A stretch of 63,939 bases of DNA, counting the filler, from Dirinaria sp. TL-2023a (Eukaryota), in NCBI GenBank assembly GCA_051941275.1. It is 40 parts of 40 records of this genome, joined end to end, with 100 filler letters (N's around TTAATTAATTAA, not from the genome) between each part and the next. Parts side by side here need not be neighbours in the genome. Positions count along the whole stretch, not along the records: positions 11,378 to 12,897 come from JAVEBF010002682.1; positions 12,998 to 14,514 come from JAVEBF010002683.1; positions 14,615 to 16,128 come from JAVEBF010002684.1; positions 16,229 to 17,739 come from JAVEBF010002685.1; positions 17,840 to 19,350 come from JAVEBF010002686.1; positions 19,451 to 20,960 come from JAVEBF010002687.1; positions 21,061 to 22,568 come from JAVEBF010002688.1; positions 22,669 to 24,175 come from JAVEBF010002689.1; 32 more parts are not named here. One strand, given 5' to 3'. Positions 11,378-24,807 of this stretch are shown piece after piece. Each line of letters starts with the position of its first letter. Position 1 is the first letter of the stretch. The notes under the pieces were generated by a model. That model searched no databases and was not told the DNA's origin. It worked only from the letters and a program-made list of their open reading frames with translations. Made by a program: the position numbers and the translations under genes.

Positions 11378-12400
11378 GGATCTCCTATGTGGCTAATCTC
11401 GGCCTACTCTACAAGCTTCGACTCTGTCAACAAATACTGGATCCCGGCCGCTTGGTAAGCTTTTTCACCACCTGGATCTTCTTGCGAATCGATGATCCAA
11501 GGCTCCCTCGCGTATTCAGAGGGTTGTCCAGAATACAAAACTAATCCACTTCACAGGTTCCTCCCCAGCTTGATTACTATGGAGATGGTCACGCTTTCAT
11601 TCCCCCTCTATCAAGTCTTCAAGCACAAGAAAGCAGCGCGCGAGACCACGACCGTGATCCAAGAGTGGGAGTACAAAAACCGCAACACCAGTTCCACAGA
11701 TGGCTCCATCCTGAGCCGCGGCAGCAAAGGCCGGATGTGGTCAATGCAGAGCTTAGAAGAGTGCCTCAAAACCAACAGACACGACTCCCTCCAGATGTAC
11801 GCCTCATGCATGGAGCTGAACGGCGAGAACATCATCTTCCTGGTGAAAGTGATGAACTTCAAGAAGCAATGGGACTCCGTCTTCGCCGCCCGAGGAGCCG
11901 GGGACCAAGTCCAGCGCGCTCGCATGACCATGTTCCGCAACGCGCTCTCCATCTACGTCAGCCTCGTCCACGACGGGACCTCCAACTACCCCATCAACGT
12001 CGAGAGCTTCATCTACGCGCATTTGAACCGGCTCTTCGGCCCCGCCACGCTGCTCGTAGCCTCCCGCCGCCCGTCGACGCCCACCTCCCCGATCTCAGCA
12101 GCCACACCCTGGGACGAGCCCTCGGCGGAAGCCGGTGCCGAGTATTTCCAAATGGGCAGCCTGCAGTCCCCGCCGCCCGCGCGCCGCCGCTCCTTCGACC
12201 ACGAGAGCTCGGAACACATCATTTCCCTCGACGAGTCCGTGAACCCGAACGATCCTCTGGCGGATTTCAAAGTCCCGCCTGAATTCGACAGGGAGTGCTT
12301 CGACGCCGCGGAGAAGAGTATCAAGTATATGGTCTGGACCGAGACTTGGCAGCGCTACAACGATTGGATGAAGACCACCCCGTTGGCGGCAGGCTCTTGA
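11378..12400 (+). CDS. GPCR with C-terminal RGS domain (GprK-like), 5' truncated, intron 11455..11556
   Basis: Spliced GSPMWLISAYSTSFDSVNKYWIPAAW|FLPSLITMEMVTLSFP (last TM helices), then RGS-type motifs ELNGENIIFL, YPINVES and FDAAEKSIKYMVWTETW. Confidence 0.9.
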
Positions 12401-14614
12401 GGAAGCCTTCTGCATACATAGTTTCCCTTCCTTGGTCACCCATCATCCCTTTCTTTTTTTTGTGTGTGTGTGGGTGTTCAGCCGGGGTTGATCGCCGGCT
12501 TGATACAGAAAAAGTACTAATGTTTCTACATCAAACATATGTTTTTTTGTAATTCGATGCCTTTTGTACGGACGGAATTCGGTCTCGGTCTCGGTCTCGG
12601 GCGCGGCTAGGCTACTTCTTCTAATTCGGACCACCAAAAAAAACCACGAAAGATCCAAGGAACGGATATCATCTATTCAGCTCTCATCAGTCTCAGCCCC
12701 TTTTTATCACCGGCGTTTCCACATTTAAAAAAAAAAGCCACCCACGGCCCAAAAAAGGGGGATTCCCAAATCCAAGTATCAATGATTCGAAGGACCCTTT
12801 TTCCGGTGCGCCAGCATTACCCCAAAAAAAAAAAAAAAGAAAACGCACCTCCCCTGGCTTTAAGCATGGATGTGGGTCGAGGCAAAATGTTATTTAANNN
12901 NNNNNNNNNNNNNNNNNNNNNNNNNNNNNNNNNNNNNNNNNTTAATTAATTAANNNNNNNNNNNNNNNNNNNNNNNNNNNNNNNNNNNNNNNNNNNNCCT
13001 CCTTTCTCTCCAACGCAACCACTTCACAATCGCTCCTGAAACTCCCATGAATGAGATCACCAAATTTCTATTTTCCTTCTTCCCCCCCTTTTATTATTTC
13101 CTTCCTTCGCCATGTTATAGGCAAAAAAAAAAAACAAGGAACCATACCTTAATCTTACTTCCGTCAACAACAAAACTCCACAGATCCAAGAACCACACCT
13201 CACAAATCGAATTCTGTAACCTACCTATCTACGTTAAGTAGAGGATTAGATCACGGCTGAGCTGACTTACGGGATGTAGATTTGTGTATGTGCGGTGCTG
13301 TGGGGAGATATTGGTGAAATTAATACTCAGGCAGAGTATAACTATCTTAACTATCTCGTTCCCCTTGCTTGAATTAAAGCTTGATTGTTCCAGCAGACGT
13401 AATATTAATGTACCTAGTCGGCCACGAAAGTAGGCAACCTAGCCTTTGAGCTACCGGCCGAGGATCGATTTATCACCATAAATCTCGATGGTATGGTGAT
13501 ATGGATAGTGGTAGTACTGTATTGTAAGGGTGAGGGGCGGTGGGGTTATACTACATGATGATAATCTTTTCATTATAACGACGCGCGAAATCAAACTCAC
13601 AAATCGGGGGAGATTTTACTGATGTTATGGTCCTAGGTAATTGGACCTCGCCTCACAAATACAATGCCTATTCCTACGGCTTTTGCTTCTCTTGACGAAA
13701 AAAAAAAAAAAGAAAAAAGACATCGTTGTTGAGATTGGTGACCTAATTGGACTCGCATACCATCTTCATATTACTTCTATGTGGAGGTTGTTATTTACCA
13801 GACATAGTGTGTGTGCGGAGATCTTTGCCCCGATCAGGCCTAGCGTCTATCGGGCCGGCCTGCTCCATACAACACACGATGGAGGCTGATATCTCCTATT
13901 CTCAACAATCGTCATTATTGAGTCTCTATCTGAATGACTGGACCTTGGCTGAACGAAGGTGCACCGATCAAGGCTGAGACCCAGAGTAATGCGGGTAGAT
14001 TCAACCCTGAGTTTAACCCTAGACCTGTGAATTAAGCTGTCTCTCTGTTGTCCCACTCAGTACGGGGATTTTCATGTCTGAAAGACAGCACTTCTAGCAC
14101 TGCTACACTAACAACTGCAGGTACAGCCATAGCGCCATAAGTTCTCCCCCCTGCAGCTTCGATTGACGTTTGACGATGGTTTATGCGCAATCCCGTGCCT
14201 GAAGGATGACTAGCACAAGAGCAACTTTCCGCATCCGGACGCGAAACAGTTTATGCGCACATCGATGATTTGCGTATGCCAGCCTTACACTGGTCACAGA
14301 AAGCTTAGATCTTAAGCCTGCATCTCCCTTGTACGATTTGCTCGCTTCTGAAAGTTCGACGTAGCTTTGTGGAAAGATTGTACCTCGAAGATCCTTAATC
14401 TCAACTTCAACAACAATACTATTGTTCCCTCGAAGAACTTATGGCCTTCAGAAAGCAGACTAAAGCTCATGTTTCTACGCTACCAAGCTAGAAACACTCT
14501 CGAAAGCTTGGCATNNNNNNNNNNNNNNNNNNNNNNNNNNNNNNNNNNNNNNNNNNNNTTAATTAATTAANNNNNNNNNNNNNNNNNNNNNNNNNNNNNN
14601 NNNNNNNNNNNNNN

Positions 14615-16128
14615 AGATTCTGACGATAATTCAGAATATGATGAGGAATGAACTTCAGATTCAAGACTTATTTGATATTGCCTTCGACATCAGTGTTGAT
14701 AAGCTTCGTGTTCGAATCTTATCAGATGTCAAGCTTACAGATAAAAAAGGAGATCTCATTGTGTGCATCTTATTTCTACGCGACATGTCAGTTTCTCAAT
14801 GTGTTCACATTTTCGACGCATTGTCTCGAAAACTCTTTGAACGATCTCAAGAGTCGACAAACATCTTCAAACGTCTTCGTCTATCCTTAAAGAGATGATA
14901 TAGAGATGATCATTACGATGCGAACGCTCTCGAAGATCGTTTGAAGAAATATCTAGAAGTCGACGATCGCATGTTCGACTATCATTCACGAGTCATTGTC
15001 ACAAAAGTTGACGTTATCGTCGCCACGATTCATAATGCCTCTTCGATCATTTTCATCAATTATAACGGACCTGGCGTCAGAAAAGAAGAATGCGGTAAGA
15101 ACGAGTTTTGTGCTTGAAGACAATCGACTAAACAGAAGACTAGATTATACGCAAATTCGTTCGAAGAAAGTGAAGAATGAACCGTGCATATGAGAAGCGT
15201 GAGTGTCTCGTCACTGCGAGAAACCAGAAACTGACTTGATAGTGATCGAGGCACCTCGGCTGCTCCAGTGTAAGTGCAGTAGTGAAAGCCATAGGCGAAG
15301 TTCGACTAATTTGAAGCAGGCTATACAAATCAGCACAGCTTAAGGCATTCGAACTCGTTCAGGATGGTGGCATGAGCGAATATAACAATTCGATCAGAAT
15401 CGCTCTGTCAGAGCGCTCACGTAATGAAGTCTCTCTTTTGACTTCTGATGTTGTTGTATTCCTCGATACTGACGCTCAAAAGATCTCTGCATCTTCTCGA
15501 GTCATCGATTTTCGTCATGTATTTCTAGACGACTACGTATCTCGACTGTGGCGATTCTACATGTCATTCTTTAATGGGCAGAAGACTTGAGAGAAACTTA
15601 TGAACTCTGTGAACGAGAGAAAGCGAGAAGATTATTTTCGAATGAACACTGTCTTACTCAGTAACGAGTCGGCGATTGACAACATTGATCGCATGAATGA
15701 GCTACGGAAAAGCGTTCACATATCACAAATGTATCGAGATTGTAAAAAGACGCTTTATGCATTACTCGTCTTCGCATTCTACTTTGAGCTGACAAACTTC
15801 GAACGCGTTCGAGAAGATCAATATCGCTGTCATGATACGATAAGATGTCGTCTCTCGAGGATGTCGATCGTTAAGTTGTTCATCAGAATCAATATAATCA
15901 ATTTAATTTTCGCTACGAACGTCGAGACTTTGGCTTATTATGAAGATCGTTCAGATCTGTGCGCACTGTGTCATCGATATCAAAAGAAGATTGACTTTTT
16001 GATCCGCCATTCGACGGAGCTGATAATCATTTACTGTGAGAGCGTTACACAAGAGCGAAGAAAGATTAGTGCTTTCTCTCAGACAATGCGATGATTTGAA
16101 AATCATCAACATCTTGATGCTCCTTTTG
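14615..16128 (+). pseudogene. Patatin-like phospholipase, intron-containing, inactivated by RIP-like mutation
   Basis: DLFDIAFDISV|GDLI is a decayed GTSVGGLI (GxSxG). NYNG, RGTSAAP and QDGG are present. There are several TGG->TGA stops and a probable donor change GGTAAG->GATAAG near 14698. Confidence 0.85.
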
Positions 16129-16228
16129 NNNNNNNNNNNNNNNNNNNNNNNNNNNNNNNNNNNNNNNNNNNNTTAATTAATTAANNNNNNNNNNNNNNNN
16201 NNNNNNNNNNNNNNNNNNNNNNNNNNNN

Positions 16229-16690
16229 TGCGAAGACTGCGTCGAGCGATCTCTTTAAATTCAATCACTAAATCTACTGATCTGATCTCGAATAGAATGG
16301 CGATCAGACAGCAGCTCACCCTCAAGAAAGAGACGCATCCACTCAGAATCACCCGAGGTCACCTCGAATCACTCAGAATCGCGCGATGATTATCCGAATC
16401 GCGCGATCTTAAGACGGCGCTCACTCTAGACTCGATGCGAGATAAGATCGAGACAGATTTCTGTCTTTTTGACAGTGTCTATACAGTCTACGATAGTCAT
16501 GATAGCAACGATAGACGATCGTTTATCAGAGCTTCATCGTCTACGATAACAGTGATAGCAACGATAGACAACTGTCTATCGTTGCTACGCTGTCTATCAG
16601 AGTCCTTCGAAATATGTATATAGATCATCAACACGACGTCTTTCTAGCATCGTATTCAATTTCTCAGTTAACTTGTCTACTACTGTTACA
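16229..16690 (+). mobile_element. Probable LTR 3' part, mutated (the rest of the contig to 17739 is mutated repeat of unknown type)
   Basis: Ends in TGTTACA after a TATATA motif, has internal short direct repeats and is CC/GG-depleted. Confidence 0.4.
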
Positions 16691-18016
16691 AGTATTAAAT
16701 ATCGTATCTTGTGTGATATTTGTCATATCACATTAACACTCGTTGCTTCTTGACAGATCTCTTCGAACAGACAAAATTCTAGCATCTCTTATTAGACATC
16801 TAGAACTTTAGATCGATAATAGAAGATGCAACATTCTGTCTTTTTTGATACGTGCACACAGTTCTGTCTGACGCGATATACTTTCTAATCATTTATCGAT
16901 AGTTGTCACGTCTAGTTACGTCACTCTACAGTTGAATTGAATTCACAAAGCTGTGCGTTAGAGAGCATTTTCAGATAACTCATACGATCATTGAGTATAG
17001 TATACTATATATCATCTTCGAAGTTGAAAATCTTTCGTGAGAGAATCAATCGTCATCAGTGTCTTCAATTTGACAAAGATCAACGCTTTAATGACAAGAT
17101 GAAAATCGACGAATTTAGAAAAAGAAAAAGCGCTGATGCTTGAAAACGAATCTTAACAGAGACTCTCGAATACGATTATTAGAAAATGTCTAAGCGATTT
17201 GAGCGTCTACATGTAAATCGCATAATCTTCATCTGCTGCAGCGCAGTCTAAATAAACAGACGTCAATCACAAAGACAGCATTTATTCGAGCTCATCTCTC
17301 AGTCGCTCACAAGTTAGTGCTGTGAAATTCTCGAATCGATGAATCGACGCTATTAGAAAAGATCATTTTACATTCAAAGTTCTTGTCTGCTACGTCGAGC
17401 GTCTCGACTCAAACTCAGACGACGATGATGATTTCATTAGATACTCGAAGTTCGTCTATCAAGAATTAACTATGCAGTCACGATAATCTAAGTATTTATG
17501 ATTTTTGTAATAGTTTGATTTCAATGAGCGACTTCTTTCGACACGATCGTCTCAGTTCTTTACTCGTGAATTTTTCTGTGACGTAAAAGAGAGATCTCAA
17601 CGAACAAAAACAACTTCAAGAACTGAAGAGCTCTTTCGTTTATCAAAATCTTTGTATTCATAATATCGAGATTTTCATCTTTTATCGTACTCGTGACATT
17701 ATGTTGAATATCGAGAAGAACTTGCTAGTCTAATAAGAANNNNNNNNNNNNNNNNNNNNNNNNNNNNNNNNNNNNNNNNNNNNTTAATTAATTAANNNNN
17801 NNNNNNNNNNNNNNNNNNNNNNNNNNNNNNNNNNNNNNNGAACGAGAATGCTCGTCTGAATGAGAAAAATAATCAACTAAAAGTCGAAAATAAACGATTA
17901 AATGCAAAACTCGCTGTCGCTCGCGCACAACGCGAGATGTCGCAAGATGTCGATTCATTAAGAGTTGAAAACGAGCGACTGACTGCAGAGCTCGTCGTCG
18001 CTCGCGCACAACGCGG

Positions 18017-18146
18017 TGTCAAAGACCCAACCTTGGTTAGATAGGTTTCCCAGTGGTAAAAGTCCCGGCAGCGCCAAAAGACTAACTAAACCAAGTCAAG
18101 GGACTTGATGCCTATCTTACTACTTAGGTGTTCCAGGGTCGTAACA
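18017..18146 (-). mobile_element. LTR of the TRIM family (130 bp), no TSD
   Basis: Reverse complement of 3912..4041. Flanks CGCGG and ACAAT differ. Confidence 0.92.
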
Positions 18147-19256
18147 ACAATTGAGAATCTCTCTTTGAGCTTGAAGCAGCAGCTTTTTTCACAATTACTA
18201 AATGAAGCAAATCAATTAAGATATCATTCTCATCAGAAAAAGGGGTATTACAAGTTACAGATAAAAGAATTTCTTTCAAATTTGATTGATAGAGCTAACA
18301 CTGTTCTGAAAATCACAAAAGATCTCGAATCAAAAGTGACAGTTGAAAGAAGCACGATCATCAGTGCTTTGATGACAATCTCGAAATCTCAGATAATCGA
18401 CGAAGAACATCGTCGACAGATACGACTTTTTATCGACTCTCTCACATTTACAGAGAAAGCAATACGACGCGAGCTGATGCAGACAGAAATAATCATATTC
18501 AACTTGACACAGACGATTATGAAGAAGAAAGCAGTAGCAGTGAGAATAGCAAGATTTTTCTTGAAATTTCTGAGCTCAGATCTCGTTAAAGTCACAGAAG
18601 TCGATATCATTGAAGCATCATCTGACTCAAGCAAAGCAATCTCAACTTCTCACAAAGGGTCATTTCTTCTCGTCTTCATTGTTTTCAAAATTCTGAAAGA
18701 GCATCTCTGCAGATGTGTCAAATGCGAATCAGATATCATCAAGCATCTGAAGAAAGAGATCATGAAAGAATTCAAAAATAAGTTGATTAACGCATTCAGT
18801 CAAGACGAAGAACGTCAGCTTCGACAGAAATATCGTTAAGTCAACTATGTCATCATATTTGAAGTCACTAAGAAGCAATTGCAGCAAGACGCTTGAGATC
18901 AACTCAGGAAAAAAGCAAAGAAGAAAGCGTTTGCTGATATAGCAAGCAAAGAAAGAGAATCACGTCAAGCAGCAAAAGATCGCAAGTTTCTTATCTAGAA
19001 GATGAACGTCATGAGGACATGACGATAAAAGAAAAAGGGGAAGGCTGTTAGAAGATGCAAAGTTAGGAGATGCCTTTGCATCTTCTCGAAAATGTATCTA
19101 GCATGCTTTAGTCAGCGAGTGAGGGAGACTGCCCTTTCATCTTTAGCTTTTAGCTTTTTGCCTTTGCTTCTACAAGCAACTTAAGTCAGATAGTCAACAA
19201 CAAATAAGAACTCTTTCTTTGCTTCAAATAAGTGCCGAAATTGCTACTAGCAAACA
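18147..19256 (+). mobile_element. 3' end of an LTR element: unidentified ORF remnant, PPT and 211-bp LTR (19046..19256)
   Basis: Purine tract AAAAGAAAAAGGGGAAGG precedes TGTT...AACA. The upstream frame is mostly open for about 850 nt and has no pol motifs I can recognise. Confidence 0.6.
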
Positions 19257-19836
19257 GAAGGTTTTCACCGCCAGTGTCATGCTCACCACATTAGGAAAAG
19301 CAGGTGTCTGGTCTACCAAACCTCTTGTCGGAATCTGGTCCACCTTCTCTNNNNNNNNNNNNNNNNNNNNNNNNNNNNNNNNNNNNNNNNNNNNTTAATT
19401 AATTAANNNNNNNNNNNNNNNNNNNNNNNNNNNNNNNNNNNNNNNNNNNNTTACAATCTCATACCAGACGTTTCTAGTTCTGACGCTAAGCCGGAACGGG
19501 GATGCAGTGCGAAATACGTCATAGTCAACCTCCAGCACCATACCACAATACCACAAGGTACCTGCACTTTGGGTATACAGAGCGAAATAGACAATATAAG
19601 AGAATGGAATATTTCTCGCACTTTCTCATCTTTCCTGCCGCTCTTCAGCTTCTCAGTCACTCTTGTAATCTAAGCCGCATCAATCCATCTCTAGCATTAC
19701 CTCAACTAGTCTGCAAGTTCAACCCTTCCTCTCCTCTTACCGCTATCACTATTTGTCCCTCGCCTTATTCCCTTACTACCTTACGTGCCATCTCTCGTGC
19801 GCCTTTCAAACTCTCTTCCACCCATCTACAATAACA

Positions 19837-20319
19837 ATGTCATTCATATTCCAGCTTGCCGGCCTGCCATTCACCGTCATTGGCGGCGGTATCAGTCTCG
19901 CACAGGACGGTGTAGGCCTCGCAGTCCAAACAGTAAAGGACCGAAGACAGCGCCGCAAGATCTCAAGTCAGCTGCGCTACAGCCCTACCCAAGCGGGGTA
20001 CTCAGCACAGTCACCGCATTGCGCGAAGCATTGCGACTGCGAGATGTCTTCCACTGCACAGGACGTCCCAAATGACTCCCCACCTTCGTACAGCGAGGCT
20101 GTCGAACAGCACCCAACCCAAGAGCTCGGGTTAGCTCCGACCCATCAGATATCGCCTCCTTCCTCGACGCGTCTTCACAAGCGTCACAGGAGTGGAAAGC
20201 GACGGATCAATTTGGATCAAGGGTATGCACACCATGCGAACCGAGCCGCGAGTGTGTCTTTTACTGATATCGATCACACAGGCTTTGATGCTCGGGGCTC
20301 GTTGTTGCGCGCACCATAA
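19837..20319 (+). CDS. Hypothetical protein (160 aa)
   Basis: ACAATG start context; MSFIFQLAGLPFTVIGGGISLAQDGVGLAVQTVKDRR; PPSYSEAV (PY motif). Confidence 0.6.
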   Translation: MSFIFQLAGLPFTVIGGGISLAQDGVGLAVQTVKDRRQRRKISSQLRYSPTQAGYSAQSPHCAKHCDCEMSSTAQDVPNDSPPSYSEAVEQHPTQELGLAPTHQISPPSSTRLHKRHRSGKRRINLDQGYAHHANRAASVSFTDIDHTGFDARGSLLRAP

Positions 20320-20621
20320 CTCGGCCCTTTTCCTATATATGTACATAGAAGTGTGCCCGGATTTTTTGTCTTTATCTTCCTACCATCGGTGACGGGTATT
20401 CAGTACTACAGTACAATAGCTACTTCAGCTCCATTTCCCAACAATCCCCACGTCTGTGCCTTGCTACAGCAAGAAGTGATGTACAAAAAAAGCCATCTCA
20501 TGCGTCAACAATATCCAACATAGAAAGCGCAATGCGCAAGAAACCCAAATAACCCAAAATAAGCATACAAAAAGAAAAACATCCTCCAACCTGAGCCACC
20601 CTCTAATCCGCTCACCGCTAC

Positions 20622-20960
20622 CTACCCACCGACCTTATTCCCACCCCAAGCAATCCCATGCACCCTCCCATCCCCATTCGGCGCCACCTTCTTAAACAAC
20701 CCAGGACTGACATCAATATCATGCATCTGACACGCCTGGCACGTATCGACGACGGTGGCCTCGTTGAAGGTCTTGGTGTCCGGATTCCAGATGCCAATCT
20801 TGGACCCGCAGCGCGGGTTCGCGTTCGGGTTGCCCGCGTTCTGCATCATCGGGATCGAGAGCGCGACGATGTCGTCGTCTGACCCGCTTTGGATCCCGCA
20901 GGAACCGGTGCCCGGCGTGTAGTAGGTCATGTCGCCGGAGTAGGCGTGGAGGAGAGGGAG
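20622..20960 (-). CDS. RlpA-like double-psi beta-barrel (expansin-like/Asp f 7-like) protein, 5' truncated
   Basis: YSGDMTYYTPGTGSCG...IVALS...NPNANPRCG...ATVVDTCQAC..DIDVSP.LF. Confidence 0.9.
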   Translation of the reverse strand, partial: LPLLHAYSGDMTYYTPGTGSCGIQSGSDDDIVALSIPMMQNAGNPNANPRCGSKIGIWNPDTKTFNEATVVDTCQACQMHDIDVSPGLFKKVAPNGDGRVHGIAWGGNKVGG

Positions 20961-21426
20961 NNNNNNNNNNNNNNNNNNNNNNNNNNNNNNNNNNNNNNNN
21001 NNNNTTAATTAATTAANNNNNNNNNNNNNNNNNNNNNNNNNNNNNNNNNNNNNNNNNNNNGCGTATTTCAAGCTTGATTTCTTCGATCGGCCTTGCCATC
21101 AATGCCCACAAAAGCTCATAGAATGGTAGCAGCGAGTTCTTTGGATGTGGTAGATGGCCTTCAGACCGATATATTGATTTGGACGATGTTTCGACCACTC
21201 CAATTGAATGATTATGGCCATACTTCGATCTGAGAAGTGCACAAGCTCCAAAGATTAGGTACGATTTTGTACGCATTTTCTTGTGATAAGCATAAGTGGT
21301 AAAGTTTATGAGACTTTCAATCAGATTTCGAAAGTCGACTCACTGATTCGCAGATCTATTATTACTTAGTAGATCTTTTTCTTCTTCTTCTTTTTCTCTT
21401 TTTTTTCCTTTTTTTTCCCTTTTTTT

Positions 21427-21457
<31 letters not shown>

Positions 21458-23331
21458 GACGATTTGCGATTGTATTGCCTATCGACGCTGTTTCATTTTG
21501 ATGGACGTGATGGAGCAGAAGCGTTGCAAAGTGCTTGGCTGATGGATCAGAACTTAGTTCCAGGGGCTCAGCAGCTGTTGAATGATTCAACCCTTCTCTT
21601 ATTGCCACATCCTAATCTCTACTATATGTATACTGTATCATCCAAGTGCAGTACTCGCTTAGATCCGCGGATAAGCCCTAATTAGACGAGGTGATGAGGT
21701 TATCTTTAGGCATCAGTATGACGCAATAAGGACTTCATCGGCACTTTTATCTCTCAGAGCTCGAGGCTGCAATCAAGTATGTTGCGTCAGTTGAATGCAG
21801 GCGCAGATATCCCATGTCTCTGAGGAGAAATTTACACACAACAGGGAATGGAATGTGAAAAGAGAAAGGACGAGGTGTGAGCGTAAGAACTCCCTACGCC
21901 TTTCGCAGGGTTTGGCACTAACAAAGTTGTTATGCCTTCCAACTCTAATCACATTCTCCAATTGATTGAAAAAGGAGCGTCAAGTTGCAAAACGCGTGGA
22001 AAAAGGATATCAATAGTAGCCGAGGGTGTCCACGCAGTAGTTTCCTTCTAGCACGGCTTTAACAGCGTCTCATGCAGCTTTGGCAGGTGCTAACTGCTAA
22101 GACGGCTCCCGTCGTGCGTAGCGTACAGAGGCCTCAACCTACCTTATGGTAAGTCCTGGCCAGCGCCATGTACGCCAGACTGTGTCGTCTAGGTGACTAC
22201 AGTTGCCCTTTGATGAGCACAGCTGCTTCCTAGGTAGCAAGTTGGCATGTCCGGGCGATAATCTCGGGGGGTCTCTAGGGCGACTTCTAATTGACCCCAC
22301 TAGCGGCATTGACTACGCTAGCTAGGACTTATGGTGTGAACCTTTGTACACATCGGGAAAAAAATATCAGTGTCAAATTTAAGTTTCCTACGTCATGAGA
22401 GGGAAGCTCGGAAGTTACATGGTGAGGATAGTGGGATCAACGGGATCGGGAAATCTGCATTAAGGTAGATTCCTTACGATTGATGATCGCTTTTGTATAT
22501 AAGCTTGCTGATTTCGACAGCACGAAAACGGAATTGCCGGCTCCTTGTACTGTGGACTCGTGGTATGCNNNNNNNNNNNNNNNNNNNNNNNNNNNNNNNN
22601 NNNNNNNNNNNNTTAATTAATTAANNNNNNNNNNNNNNNNNNNNNNNNNNNNNNNNNNNNNNNNNNNNATTTTGATTGATGCGTTTAATCGTTCAATTCG
22701 ATCAGCACTCACATTTAATGACAATCGATTTGAAATTGAAACTTAAACAAGATTTAAATTTTTGAAATTAATTTTTAAATTGATGACAAACGAATGTGTA
22801 TAAAAATTTCGATTGATTTTTTGAGTTTAACGCAGTTAACGCGAGCATTAACTCGATTGTTTTTCGAATAAAATCGAATTTCACACGAGCATTTTATCAT
22901 GATCGTTTCTCAAACATAGATCGTTAACGATCAAACATGAACTGTTAATTTTTTTTCGATCAATGCTCGTTATGCGACGATTCTATTAATTTCGTTAACA
23001 TATTAACGTTTTACATACGAAAACAAATAAATCGCGCATAAAGTAAATTTAATCAATTTGAAATTTTTCAAATTATTTTTAAATGAGTTTTGATCAAAAA
23101 ATTTTTAAGAATACAAAATTTTTGATCGACATTAACGAAAGAAATGATGATTTTAAAATTTATTTTTTTACTCAAATATTATCGTCGATGCGAATTAATA
23201 ACGATACTCGTTGAAATTCGTTTTTTTACTCAACAAATCATTCATTGCAATATAAGTCGAAAAATCGATTTTCTATGAGAAATTTCGAATGAAAGAATCT
23301 CACATAAAATAAAATAAAGAAACGATAAAGA

Positions 23332-24175
23332 TGTTACGAGCCTGGCTCTCACTGTTGTTACCCGGGTCATTTTCTACAAGGTTTTTGTGTATGGTGTTGA
23401 GTTTTGACCTGATCGGGGTTAGCGCATCCGAAGTGGTGGTCGGTCCGGCTGATCAGAGTCCAACGCCCACACATCCATATTATGTCTAATTCCAGTTCAT
23501 AGATTTCTTTTCTTCTTCATGCTTTGTGTATTTAGTTGATAGCATCTGCATAGATCATACATTCTGCACCGATCCTGACATTACACAAAGCATCAAACCC
23601 CTTACCTCGTTTTGCAATTGTACGAGTTCCAAACAATCGCAACAACATCTGTGCCATCACCTACAATTGAACTGAACACTGTTGTTTACACACCTTATCC
23701 TTTGCCCTCGTTGCTTCGCGAGGTAATAAGAAAGAAGTACGATTTGATTGATGATATCAGCAATGGCTAGAGACGTCAACGAGAGAGCACAGACGCAACA
23801 GACGCAAGCACATGCTCAGACTCAGAAGCAGAAGAAAGAAGAGACGTCGACGCGGCAACTGCTATCGAAGTTCTCAGATGAGTTGACAATGACGCCTCAG
23901 CAACGCATGACTTGATTATTGAAAAAGACAGAAAAACGACGCGTATCGATGATGTCAGATACTGCCCCCGCAGGACCAGAAGAAGCAAACACCCCGAAGA
24001 ATATACATACGGTCCCACAGTTACAATTCTGAGTAAACAAGCGCTCTGTTGAGGTGCTAAACTCGATGAAAATGGGTCGTCTGAAACGCGATACTGCTCT
24101 TCATTGCGTCGACGATTGAAATGAGTTAGTTAAGAAACGCGACGAGGCCAATGATATTGTCATTGAGACTCAAGG
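23332..24175 (+). mobile_element. 5' LTR of family D (23332..23580, 249 bp) plus leader and start of a mutated gag-like ORF
   Basis: TG..CA termini and a homologue at 31914..32162. An LTR-complementary PBS is at 23582..23593 and an ATG at about 23763. Confidence 0.85.
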
Positions 24176-24275
24176 NNNNNNNNNNNNNNNNNNNNNNNNN
24201 NNNNNNNNNNNNNNNNNNNTTAATTAATTAANNNNNNNNNNNNNNNNNNNNNNNNNNNNNNNNNNNNNNNNNNNN

Positions 24276-24807
24276 TTGCTGCCACACCACCCTGTCAACC
24301 AAACCTATCTAGGTAGGATCTAGATCTAGTGAGGTAAGGAGTTCGCGTTGTTTACACACGCGTTGTGTCAGTATATCTGCTTCTTTCTCTACATTATTTT
24401 ATATCTGCACTCTCAATTGATCTATCTCGTCGTCGTCTTCTGCATTTTCAATTGATCTATCTCACTGCCGTCTGATCTACTCTCACTGTCGTCTGATCTA
24501 CTCTCGGGTGGAAGAGGTGAACGAGATCGACGAGAAGACGGCGACGAGATATCAGACGTTTCAGACGTCTTCATGAGCATTTTTCACATGTAAATCTAGC
24601 ATGTAGTAACTCGCAATGACGTCTGCTCGATTTATGCTCTGACGTCGACCTGATGATTTTACTAGACTTCAATAAACAAATTTTCCAGAGTATCACCATT
24701 TTCTCATGCAGTATTGTCAGTACAAAAAAGTTGGGTGCGGGTTCCTTACCCCACTAGGTCTAGATCCTACCTAGATAGGTTTAGTTGGCAGGGTGGTGTG
24801 GCAGCAA
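24276..24807. mobile_element. MITE-like element with at least 71-bp terminal inverted repeats
   Basis: 24276..24346 is the near-perfect reverse complement of 24737..24807, with transition-only differences. The interior is non-coding. The left end is cut by the contig edge. Confidence 0.85.
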
